DNA of 64,000 nt from Epithemia pelagica (GCA_946965045.2 OX337229.1:4650001-4714000); one strand, 5' to 3'; shown: positions 46,527-55,700, numbered from the stretch's first letter. The notes: generated from the letters alone by a model not told the origin. Numbers and translations: made by a program.

Positions 46527-47010
46527 AAGGAAAGCAAGAGAGCCAGAAGCAGGAGAGGTTCAGAGCAAAACACAGGCAAAAAAAACACAGAAGTGTGGAG
46601 GCATTGCCAAAAGGTGATGCAGATCGCAGATTTCGCGATTCTACCTGGAATTAAGGTGCACAAGTAGTGTCGACTTGCGTTTGCGCTGCAGTCGGCAGAG
46701 AACAAATACTTAGGACGTGTGCGTCGACACAGTGCAAAAGGAGGTATCTATATGTTCATGTGTGGAGAAAAGATTACCAAAACAATCGCTCACTTAAGCG
46801 AGTGCTCCCCGTCACGTGGGAGAGTGCCATGGGTCACACATTACGAGTGTGAACTATAAGTAGTGCCGCAAGCATACCGTGACGAGTAGCTTAGCGCGAA
46901 CACTCCCAAGCGGTGATCAGCCGCTGCCAGTACGGGCAAAAGGCAGAGAGCAAGACTCCAAGGAGTTTCACATGGTGCATAGCTTAGCTAGCATAGTTGG
47001 TGAGTTAGAC

Positions 47011-47279
47011 AAAAAAAACCATATTAGTTCCCCCGTGCATTGGCATATAGCGTATGTACAAGGCGGTGAACCCCTTCTAGCCCGAAGACCGGGGTCAATC
47101 TGCCACCCTTGAGAAGAACATGCACTTTTAACCAGCGGGGAAACGTCTTGTACCATACACCCCAAATATGGCGGCCCCCAGAAATTGGGCGTCTTAACTT
47201 AAAGCTGAGTCTAAGGGGAATCGAACCCCTGGCACCACGAGCCAACAGCAAACATTTACCAGCTAAACCACTGCGGCTC
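47011..47279 (-). ncRNA. Putative Pol III transcription unit in the retrotransposon leader: tRNA-like head, structured 3' domain, T8 terminator (~260 nt)
   Basis: A box TGGTTTAGCTGG (47270-47259) and T-arm AGGGG-TTCGATT-CCCCT (47230-47214) at tRNA spacing; D-arm GTTT/AAAT. The first T>=4 run downstream is T8 (47018-47011), directly after a closing helix. Expression is unproven. Confidence 0.55.
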
Positions 47280-47280
47280 T

Positions 47281-47300
47281 GCGCTTTGGGTCTGATAAAC
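47281..47300 (-). promoter_or_regulatory. Primer-binding site, probably half-tRNA (anticodon-arm) type
   Basis: GTTTATCAGACCCAAAGCGC abuts the 5' LTR. It is not the TGGTATCAGAGC 3'-CCA type; its complement reads like a tRNA anticodon arm (GCGC-TTTGGG-TCT-GAT-AA-AC). Confidence 0.5.
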
Positions 47301-47474
47301 TGTATAAATCCTGCCACTACACGCTACAACACGGTGTATACGGCGTGCAACAAGTGGCTAGACCAAAATTATGACTAGAAAACTAGATGCGTAGCAGCAT
47401 ATGTAGGCGATGCATATTCGCCAATATGCGACCATGTATCCGCCAATATGCGACCTGTTGGCGGGATTTATTCA
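47301..47474 (-). repeat. 5' LTR (174 bp)
   Basis: Identical by eye to 40385-40558; contains two copies of CGCCAATATGCGACC. Confidence 0.97.
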
Positions 47475-47878
47475 GGACTGCCGTGCCAACGACCAATAAA
47501 TTTTCCCGAGCGATCCGGTTTCTGGTTGGGCTTTTCTTGCTGAAAAATTACCGAAAAAAGAAAAAAGGTGAAAAATTACAGGAAAATCAACACGACGGAG
47601 AAATACGCGATTCTTTCGCGAATGATTGTAGTGACGTCTCTTGTCGGCATCACACATTATTGCAACGATCCCTGAAAAAGTAAAATGTTCGACGACAGAG
47701 GGATCAGATCGAACGAACCAGTTCTGGAGCGATCTCTGGACTGAAGATAGATAGAGAGAGACGCAATTGAAACTTGGACGTATGCCTAGTGAGCGGAAGG
47801 TTGAAGTTTCTACTCCCATATCGTAGAGAGTAGAGAAAGGAAGGAAATATCAGCGCCCTGAAAGTTTGGACAGCCATC

Positions 47879-49483
47879 ATGGCTGAAACAGACCAGTCCG
47901 CAATGGACATTGACCCACAAAGCGGAACAAAACGCCGGGCTCCGACAACAGAAGGGATCTCCCCGACCAAGAAACAACGGACATATCTGGACGCCAATGT
48001 CACTGTCGACAATGAACAAGAGGAAGTAAAAGGGGTCTCGAATGGGCCTGCCGTATCGAAAGTTCAAAATGATATGATATTTCCGCCTCAATCGGATTCG
48101 AACCTTGACATCAGCCATGTCAATCAATCAAAGACTGATTTACTACCGCCATCCCTTCCTCTTGCACATAGTGGGCATGGAAATGCGGGAACACCACTAC
48201 CTGCAGTTAGTCAAGTGGAACAAGGCGCAGAGCAAGACTCAAAAAAGATACCGGTGCCTCATTCTTACCACGATCCGCAGCATCGTTCACTTCCTCAGCC
48301 ATCTTCAAAGGCTGACAAAGAAACGACAAATCCGACACTCTTCATGGAGCCTTTCCGTGTACAGCCAGGGACAAGCGTAGGCCAATGGAAGCCAAAATAC
48401 AGAACACTTGCACTTGCATTGATGGCATGTATCTTTATTGCCCTTCAAGGAATCATTACTACATCAAGTGATCAGACAAACCTTGCATTATTCGACAATC
48501 ATGCAAGGGAATTTCTCACAAAGAATCAGCACATCATTCCGCCAAAACCAACATCGCCTGGCAGCCCCCTTGTTCTTTCCGACGTGACTCTACGATCTTT
48601 CCTGGAACGAAATGACACTGGGTTCTCTCTGGCCATGGCTCCTGCATTTTTTGGTTTTTATGGATACTTTGGGGTTTTGGCTTCCTGGGACGAGCATCTG
48701 GCAGTGGGCAGTCCTGTGCGATTTCTTCAGTCTGGGAGATTACGTAGTCTCACCGGAGCGTCTGCTGGAGCCATGGCCGCTGTTCTCTTGGGTGCGGGAG
48801 TTAAACCCCGTGTGGCGGCTGATTTTTGTACCACAGTCACGTTGGACAAGTTTAACGACTTTCCAGGACTCGGAGGGCTATTCAAGGGGGATCTTTTCGA
48901 GAAACTCATGGAAGATTTCCTCGAGGAAAACATTCTGGGTAGCGAACAGAATCGATCTTTGCTTCTGCTGCAAAATTCAAAATCTCCCGTCGCTGTGACG
49001 GCGTTTTGCTTACAGAGCATGCAAGGAAAAGTGATAAAAAGTGGTAGCATGGCCCGAGCCGCTCGCGCTTCGGCGACGTTTCCTCTCTTGTTCCAGCCAG
49101 TTGGGTGGGTGGATCGAAGCGAGGGGGACTTTGACTTTTTCACTTTAGTGGATGGCGGTATTAATGACACAGCTGGTGTGGCTGCATTGGAGGCGTTGGA
49201 TCTGAGTATCAAGGGGAATCGGTTGGTCAATCTAAAGGTGGGTCAGTTCACCATGGGCAACAAGCCTCCAGGGCCTAATGAGATTCCAGATGCGGAGGAA
49301 GTCCTCTCAATTTCGATTCAGAATTTGCCTCAGTGTGGACCCTGGGCACTGGAGAACGGACCCTTGGCCCTGGGAGCAGCTCACGATGCTATAGTTGCAT
49401 CATTGGACTTGCCCCTTTTCGTGGATGAGACTGGAAGACATTTCGAGTTGCATATTGATACCTCGAGCTTTGTCTCTTTGTAG
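47879..49483 (+). CDS. Patatin-like phospholipase with a predicted TM segment
   Basis: LTGASAGAM (GxSxG nucleophile), ARASATFP and LVDGGIND motifs; hydrophobic LALALMACIFIAL segment before the domain. Confidence 0.85.
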   Translation: MAETDQSAMDIDPQSGTKRRAPTTEGISPTKKQRTYLDANVTVDNEQEEVKGVSNGPAVSKVQNDMIFPPQSDSNLDISHVNQSKTDLLPPSLPLAHSGHGNAGTPLPAVSQVEQGAEQDSKKIPVPHSYHDPQHRSLPQPSSKADKETTNPTLFMEPFRVQPGTSVGQWKPKYRTLALALMACIFIALQGIITTSSDQTNLALFDNHAREFLTKNQHIIPPKPTSPGSPLVLSDVTLRSFLERNDTGFSLAMAPAFFGFYGYFGVLASWDEHLAVGSPVRFLQSGRLRSLTGASAGAMAAVLLGAGVKPRVAADFCTTVTLDKFNDFPGLGGLFKGDLFEKLMEDFLEENILGSEQNRSLLLLQNSKSPVAVTAFCLQSMQGKVIKSGSMARAARASATFPLLFQPVGWVDRSEGDFDFFTLVDGGINDTAGVAALEALDLSIKGNRLVNLKVGQFTMGNKPPGPNEIPDAEEVLSISIQNLPQCGPWALENGPLALGAAHDAIVASLDLPLFVDETGRHFELHIDTSSFVSL

Positions 49484-49984
49484 TGCGCTTGTCACGAACA
49501 AAACTTCTGGAACTCGTGCAGCCACTTGTTCAACAATCGTTTCGAGATAGTCTTCGACATTCTTGGTCCGGACAAACTGACTACATTGAGCGGGACGACC
49601 TCAAGCTAGTTGGCGTTGGCGCGCGACTCGTATTTCCAATAGAGAACGTTGAATCAGTCCATAGAGTCCATAGGAATGATCGAAAGAATCATCAAGGCAA
49701 AATGCACCATAGCTATGACGTCTATCGGGGTTCGGGCACGGGAGGGCATATGTGCTCTCTGGTCGCAGATTCGTCATGGGCCTTTGTAGGAGTAGCTTTT
49801 TCTATTTTCTTCGTCCATCTCGCCGCAGTTTTCTTTCGGCCTACCGCACGACGCCCACGCCCACCTCTTGTTCTAATGGGAGTGACCTTGAGACAGGACT
49901 GTGCTTCTCTTCTTGGACAGACCTTATTTCCCATTCTCTTCGCGTCTAATATTTCTTACGAAGGACAAAGGAAAAACTGCTATC

Positions 49985-51266
49985 ATGTGGGGTGGAGGGT
50001 TTATGATCCCTGGTGCCATGGGTGGCGCCGGTCATGGCTTTGGTTCAAGGCGCTTCGAGGAACAGTACCACTGTTACTCTGTTGCATATGCAGACAAATC
50101 ACATCTAGAGGTAAGTTTGTATTGACAATGTCCTGATGATGGAAGGTTCGCCTTTGGCTCACTCCTCTCATGTTGCCTCTACGTAGAAAGGTGACAAAAT
50201 TCTCCTTCCACCATCAGCATTCGATACTCTTGCCAGACTGCAGGTAGACTACCCAATGCTGTTCAAATTAACAGCACATTCTTCAGATGGTGAAGAACGC
50301 CGAACGCACTGTGGAGTTCTGGAGTTCACAGCCGAAGAGGGCTGTGTTTATATTCCGTTTTGGATGATGCAGAATTTGTTGATCGAAGAGGGTGCCTTGA
50401 TAACTGTGACCAATGTCAGTTTGCCCAAAGCGACATTTGTAAAGTTGCAACCTCAATCAGTTGACTTTTTGGAGATTAGCAATCCAAGGGCCGTTTTGGA
50501 ACACGCATTGAGGAATTTCTCCTGCGTTACAGTTGGTGATGTCATTCAAATTCCATACAACAACAAAAACTACCATTTCGCTTTGCAAGAAGTCACTCCC
50601 AACCCGGCAGCTTGCATCATCGAAACAGATTGTAATGTTGATTTCGATGCTCCAGTTGGCTATCAGGAACCAACAAAACCAGTGAACGCGTCAAATCGAC
50701 CATCTGCGTGCCCGTCACCAGTTTCCACTGCATCTTCTGTACCAACGTCAAGTTTGAACGCAAACGCAGATCAAGAAGAAGAAGCTGAACCAACAGGTAT
50801 TCGAATTGTGGATGGCCAAATAGTGCGTCCCGATGATAACTCAAGCAAAAATGCAAAATCAGAAATGCTGGCTGAAAAAACCGGACAGACAGGAGTACAA
50901 ATGAATTCTGCAATCCCTTCAGAGGCACCAGCAGTTGATTACTGGGCTGTCAATGCAGGGGACGGCGCTCGTTTGGACGGCAAAGCAGCAGCAGAGCTCA
51001 AGGACAGTAAAGGCAATGTAGTTGACATTCGTGCGCTGCGTGCGGAGGCCATGGAAAAGAGAGCGCAACAGGCGAGAATGAGTTCCAGCCTATCGACTAC
51101 CGAGGGAAAAGTCCTCAGCACGGGTGAATCAGCAGGTGCAGATGGAGCAACTGACAAATCGGAGGCTGCAGTGGTGTCAAAGCGGAAGTCTCGAGTGGGG
51201 AACAAATACTCACGGCTGAAACAGTCTGGTATGGCTTTCCAAGGATCAGCCAATTCATTCAAATAA
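49985..51266 (+). CDS. UFD1: Ubiquitin fusion degradation protein 1; intron 50111-50186
   Basis: RRFEEQYHCYSVAY...LE|KGDKILLPPSAFDTLARLQVDYPMLF...THCGVLEFTAEEG..YIPFWMM...LPKATFVKLQPQS..FLEISNPRAVLE..LRNFSC...IIETDCNVDFDAP; C-terminal FQGSAN SHP-box-like motif. Confidence 0.95.
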
Positions 51267-51945
51267 GGAAAAGTTCTCTACCGATGCACCGTCTAGTTAA
51301 TGCACCATAGTTAAATGAATTTGGCATACCATGGGTTTGCATATAGTGTGACTTCTTCCGTTGGAAAATTTTTCTCGTATTTACTTGGAGTAGTCTATCC
51401 AACCCTGCGTTTGTTTATTGCCGGTCTACTTTCGTTAGTCATCATCAAGCTAAGACTAAAGGGTTGGTGGTGTTCGTTCCTTTTGCTGGTTTGTTTGACT
51501 TGTAGGAGCAAAATAACGACAAGCGAGAGGGTAGACTTCTTCTGCATTGTGCGTTTGGAGCAATGTTACTTCTACTAGGAGTAGTAGGTAGAACAACTGC
51601 TTTGCTTCTGTGTTATCGTTCTTAGGAGAGGAGTAGAGTTTAGCTTCCCCAGTAGAAATATTTATGGGGTATATATGTACGCCACCCGTTCTCACGATTT
51701 TGTCAGATTCGCGGGGTCACGTCACAAAAGATCCACCACGCGTGTGATGGACGGTATCCCCAAATTCCAGATTCTCGCCATCGACGCATTTGCCGACAAC
51801 GAGGTGCGAAGGTATTGAGACTAGAGGTTCATTGATGCAGAGGTTCTCTGTCTGTAGCTGCCGTACCAATATACGATAAACCCTACATTCTTTGGGAAAA
51901 AGAAAGCCAAAGCTCTGTATTACCTTTGACTGACAAGTTTCTGTG

Positions 51946-53349
51946 ATGTTGTTTGCAAGGAACTGGACAATCGCTGTACTGTTGGCGTTGGCATTTCAAT
52001 TTGCATTTCCTCTGAACAATGGCGCTGACGCGCATCAGGACGGTCTTGGCTCATTCCTCTCCTCAGGTAGAATTGGTGTTCAGTCGGCTTTGTCACGCTA
52101 CGGTGGATTGAGAACTCTGCACACAGACCTGTCGAACGCACGGCAGCATTCTGCTGTTGCGCAAAGAGGACTAAAGTCCACGCATACAAACAAACCCCAT
52201 GTTGCGACTGTTGTCAGCAACCGGAAAAGAATACTTGGAAGAAATACAAACCGTGACGAATCATCACCAAATGAACGGATTTGCGACGAATCAACCACAT
52301 CCTCGTCGACTCTGTCGATTGCACAGAAAGTTGGATCAGGTGGTGCTGCAGCAGTTGTCGGTCAGCATAGACCACTCGAGTTCTGGGAAACAATGCTCTG
52401 TGGAGCAATTAGTCGCTCTACTGCTCAAACTATCATGCACCCGGCAAATACAATGAAAACGATGCTTCAAAATAGCAAAGGGCCCGTGGTACCTGCTATC
52501 TTGGAGTTGATGAAACTCAGTTCATTTCATCGCCTCACATACGGTGCCGGAACAAACTTTCTTCTCAGTGTGCCGCAAGGTGCTCTGAATTTTTCTGTTT
52601 TGGAGTTTGTTCGTCGTCGACTGGGCCACATGGTGGCTGCTAATCCCTACCTCGCCGAACGTTCCGATCGTCTCGGTGCTGGATTAGACTTTGTTTCCTC
52701 TTCGATATCCACTGTCGTTTGTTCAGTGGTCGCTACTCCCCAGATGATGATCACGGACAACATTATGGCTGGGAACTATCCTAATCTCTTTCGATCAGTG
52801 GAAGGTCTGGCAAAAAGTGGCGGTATTAAAGCATTCTACAGAGGATGGTTGCCAGCAATGGTGGGCAAAATTCCGTCTTATGCTCTGACATGGACGCTCT
52901 TCCAACAATTCAAAGCTCTCCGGGACCGAATGTCTCACAGACCAGCCAAAAACATTGAAAATTCAATAATGGGATGCTTGGCGAGTGCCACATCAGTCTG
53001 CGTGATGATTCCCATGGATACCATTAAAACTCGTCTTGTTACCCAGGGAGGGGCGGCTTCGATAAGCAGAGTTCCGTATAAGGGTATTGTTGACTGTGCA
53101 ATCCGAGTGTACAAAGAGGAGGGTATTGGAGCATTCTATCGAAGTCTGCCGCCTCGTCTTGTTTCTGTGGTGCCTTTGATCGGAATCCAATTCACAGTAT
53201 ATGAAGCGATGAAAAAGTTTATGATGATGCGCGAGATAGACAATGAACCATTATCGAGACTTGATACGACGGGAAGCTCGGAAAAATCACCGGTAACCAT
53301 GGATAAAGCTGAAGAAGAAGCAGTGACGACAGCAGGATTGGAGCGATAG
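51946..53349 (+). CDS. Mitochondrial carrier family (SLC25) protein with a bipartite-like N-terminal extension, probably plastid-targeted
   Basis: Three carrier repeats (HPANTMKT, TPQMMITD, IPMDTIKTRL; FYRGWLP, FYRSLPPRL) after a signal peptide ending AFQFA-FP and a ~120-aa extension. Confidence 0.85.
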   Translation: MLFARNWTIAVLLALAFQFAFPLNNGADAHQDGLGSFLSSGRIGVQSALSRYGGLRTLHTDLSNARQHSAVAQRGLKSTHTNKPHVATVVSNRKRILGRNTNRDESSPNERICDESTTSSSTLSIAQKVGSGGAAAVVGQHRPLEFWETMLCGAISRSTAQTIMHPANTMKTMLQNSKGPVVPAILELMKLSSFHRLTYGAGTNFLLSVPQGALNFSVLEFVRRRLGHMVAANPYLAERSDRLGAGLDFVSSSISTVVCSVVATPQMMITDNIMAGNYPNLFRSVEGLAKSGGIKAFYRGWLPAMVGKIPSYALTWTLFQQFKALRDRMSHRPAKNIENSIMGCLASATSVCVMIPMDTIKTRLVTQGGAASISRVPYKGIVDCAIRVYKEEGIGAFYRSLPPRLVSVVPLIGIQFTVYEAMKKFMMMREIDNEPLSRLDTTGSSEKSPVTMDKAEEEAVTTAGLER

Positions 53350-53558
53350 TTCACAGAACCATATGGAATTACACACACGGACGCTCCCTCCATATTCCAT
53401 GATTGGAAAATCGCAATCAGAGCCAACATATTTCTCTTTCGACACTGCGAAAGTCGCTCTCTTTTATCATAAATGGAGCCTTCTCCTAGGATGAGCTGCT
53501 TTCTCTAGGAAAAGAAAGATCTACTGCCTACTCCTATGTTCCCTAGTGCCTCCTCTAG

Positions 53559-54825
53559 CCGTGTGCCCATTACAGGTCAAAACGACCCTTTGGGCACATG
53601 TTTTCAACTAGATATAACATGACCAATATTAGGCCTACGGCAACATGTGGATGCTCAAACTTTTTCTTCAAGACATCCTCTGTCACCATTTGATATGCCA
53701 TGACACCCATGTATGACATATCTAGGTCAAATGAGCGCCTCCATTGGGGGCTTGTGCACCGTGAATGGTGCATGTGGGCACACTTGGGCACATGTGGGCC
53801 CACCATTAGGGGAGGTCGCATGACAGTCCTATGACCATGATAAGACGTCGAGACGTTTTTGGCAGATGTATTGCAACACTTTTGCGCCATTTTTTGTCCC
53901 ATGGTCGACTTTCCCAGCCACGTCCCGGCCATGTCCGGCCTGGCGTGTTCAGGTCGGCGCTGATTCGGAAGTGTGAACCCCACGGGGGACACCCAGAAGA
54001 TTCTTTGACAAAAATGTGTACCCCAAAATTTTGAACGCACACACCAATCCAACAATCATACAATGGCAACACATGTTCTTGTGCTATTTGAACAGTCCCC
54101 ATCGGGATTGTTCATCATGATGAGGAATGCTCTACGGAAGCTTTTTGCGTTCAAGTATTTGAACCTTTTTGTAATGGGAATCATTACAAAAAGTGTCAAT
54201 TTCTTGAGCACGACAACAAGACAACGAGAGAACGACAGTGTCGAGGGTAGTGATAGCAGCAAGACAAAACAGACAAAGAAGAAGAAGAAGGAATGGCTGG
54301 AGGAAGTCGGCTTGGTCCTGGGTCCAGGGCTTTCATCAGGGCCAGCAATGAACCTGTGGTCATTGTGCAAGCCCGGGGCAGCAAGGCTTGGGAAGTTGAG
54401 CTACTCGACATGAGGGATGGAAGCAGGACGGGTGAGCTCTTACACAAGACATCTTACAAGCTTCGAAAGATAAATCAAGATGACAGATTCCCTGGAAATG
54501 TCTATCGTGTGCCGCACCGTCCAGCAGCAGGAGCACGACAAGTGCAACAGCAGCAGGGACAGCAGCTCCCTCAGACCACTGCAATTACTCACGTGGCCAC
54601 CCAAGAACAACAACCACAACAACGAGAGCAAGATCAACATGAACAAGAAATGGCAGCCTCATCAAATGCACAACAGGTCCTTCTCGTCACCACGCCGTCT
54701 GGAGCCAACGAGAATGAAAACTTGACAGGAATCGACGTTGTTGTTGGTGCTCGTCGTCAACGCCAGCGACTACAACAACCGAATAGCAACCTGTCCTTTG
54801 AGTTCTCTGAGACTCAGGAGCCAAG
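53559..54825 (+). mobile_element. Possible left arm of a DNA transposon truncated by the second copia insertion
   Basis: CTAG followed by CC and a nested palindrome (53562-53598), repeated TGGGCACA motifs, then an ORF from 54293 that runs into the presumed LTR. No transposase catalytic domain or right end is visible. Confidence 0.3.
54293..54825 (+). pseudogene. Interrupted ORF: small beta-rich N-terminal domain plus Gln-rich linker
   Basis: MAGGSRLGPGSRAFI...VVIVQARGSKAWEVELL...KTSYKLRK followed by a Q/E-rich tract. The stop at 54850 lies just inside the presumed LTR that starts with TGTTG at 54826. Confidence 0.4.
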
Positions 54826-55700
54826 TGTTGCCTACAAGTTCAAATACTAGGACGCAGTAAGTCTAAAAGCCGAGCTTTGCATGAGTTTCTATAATGTCCC
54901 CATAATGTGCCCACACACGTTGCACACACCAACTTGATGTATGTAGAAAAACTAACGTAAGACGTGATGGTTAGTGCTCTGAACTTCTGTAGTCAACCAG
55001 TTCACTCGGTACACGATGGGGCCCTCACCTTGCACTAGGTTAGTATGGTTGACTCCTTCCTAAAGGTTGCTTACAACTTTCAGGTTTTTATAAGAAGTGA
55101 GCTTATTCTATCGAAAGTGTTTGTTTCTCATGATTGCTCTTTCATTACTTCCTTTCAGTCATAAAGAGTTTACTTTTCCCGAATCGTTGGGCCCGGTGAA
55201 GAAACATCTTTGACTTCTAGGTAAGGCGCTACAGACGCTCTACGTTTAGGGACTAATGGAACCTGTTCTCTTAGTGCATAGAACCTGTTCCATATACTCA
55301 AACTGTGAGGGATAGAGGCGGAACTATTGGCTTGAACCAAGTATCCATGATCCTTTGGTGAATCTTGTTGTAAGTTGGAGACGTGTATGTTTTAGGTGAG
55401 ACATAGCCTGGACTTTGCTTCCGAGTGGAGCTCGTCCGGCTTTTGCCTGTCGTAGATAGTAGTGGGCATATGTAAATGTGTATCACAAAACACCAGGGTT
55501 ATTCAGAGAGGGAACATTGTGCCGCAGGCTCGGACATGTCACATACATGGGCACAGCTTCGTCAGCCGTCCACGCACGTGTTCGCACAAGCTTGCAGGAC
55601 AGATGGCACAGCTATGTCATGGTAGACGTGTACTCTCATAGAGTCTAGGTGTTGTTCTTCGAAAGGTAGTTCTAGGTCTATAGCTAGCCGTACTTTAACT
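54826..55700 (-). repeat. Putative 3' LTR of the second copia (~875 bp; boundaries provisional)
   Basis: Follows the polypurine tract GAGAGGGAG (55709-55701). The distal end is guessed at CAACA (plus TGTTG, 54826). The partner LTR is outside the window. Confidence 0.4.

Larger units (their letters stand above)
40385..47474 (-). mobile_element. Full-length Ty1/copia (CoDi-like) LTR retrotransposon, 7,090 bp
   Basis: Two identical 174-bp LTRs, GGAC on both flanks (40381-40384 and 47475-47478), gag and PR-IN-RT-RH pol in copia order, and GCGGGGAC purine tract next to the 3' LTR. Confidence 0.97.

Noticed and set aside
47206-47279. Functional tRNA gene
   Set aside because: D- and T-arms form, but acceptor and anticodon stems do not pair and position 33 is not U; kept only as a tRNA-like Pol III element.
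49483-50136. 217-aa ORF between patatin and UFD1
   Set aside because: GTG start overlapping the patatin stop and running out of frame through UFD1 exon 1; no recognisable domain.
9456-51266. Functional cluster of Cdc48/ubiquitin genes (UBX, SENP8, UFD1)
   Set aside because: Separated by many unrelated genes over 40 kb; compatible with chance in a gene-dense genome.
54063-54413. 116-aa ORF upstream of the interrupted ORF
   Set aside because: No motifs, low-complexity Lys run, overlaps the better ORF in another frame.
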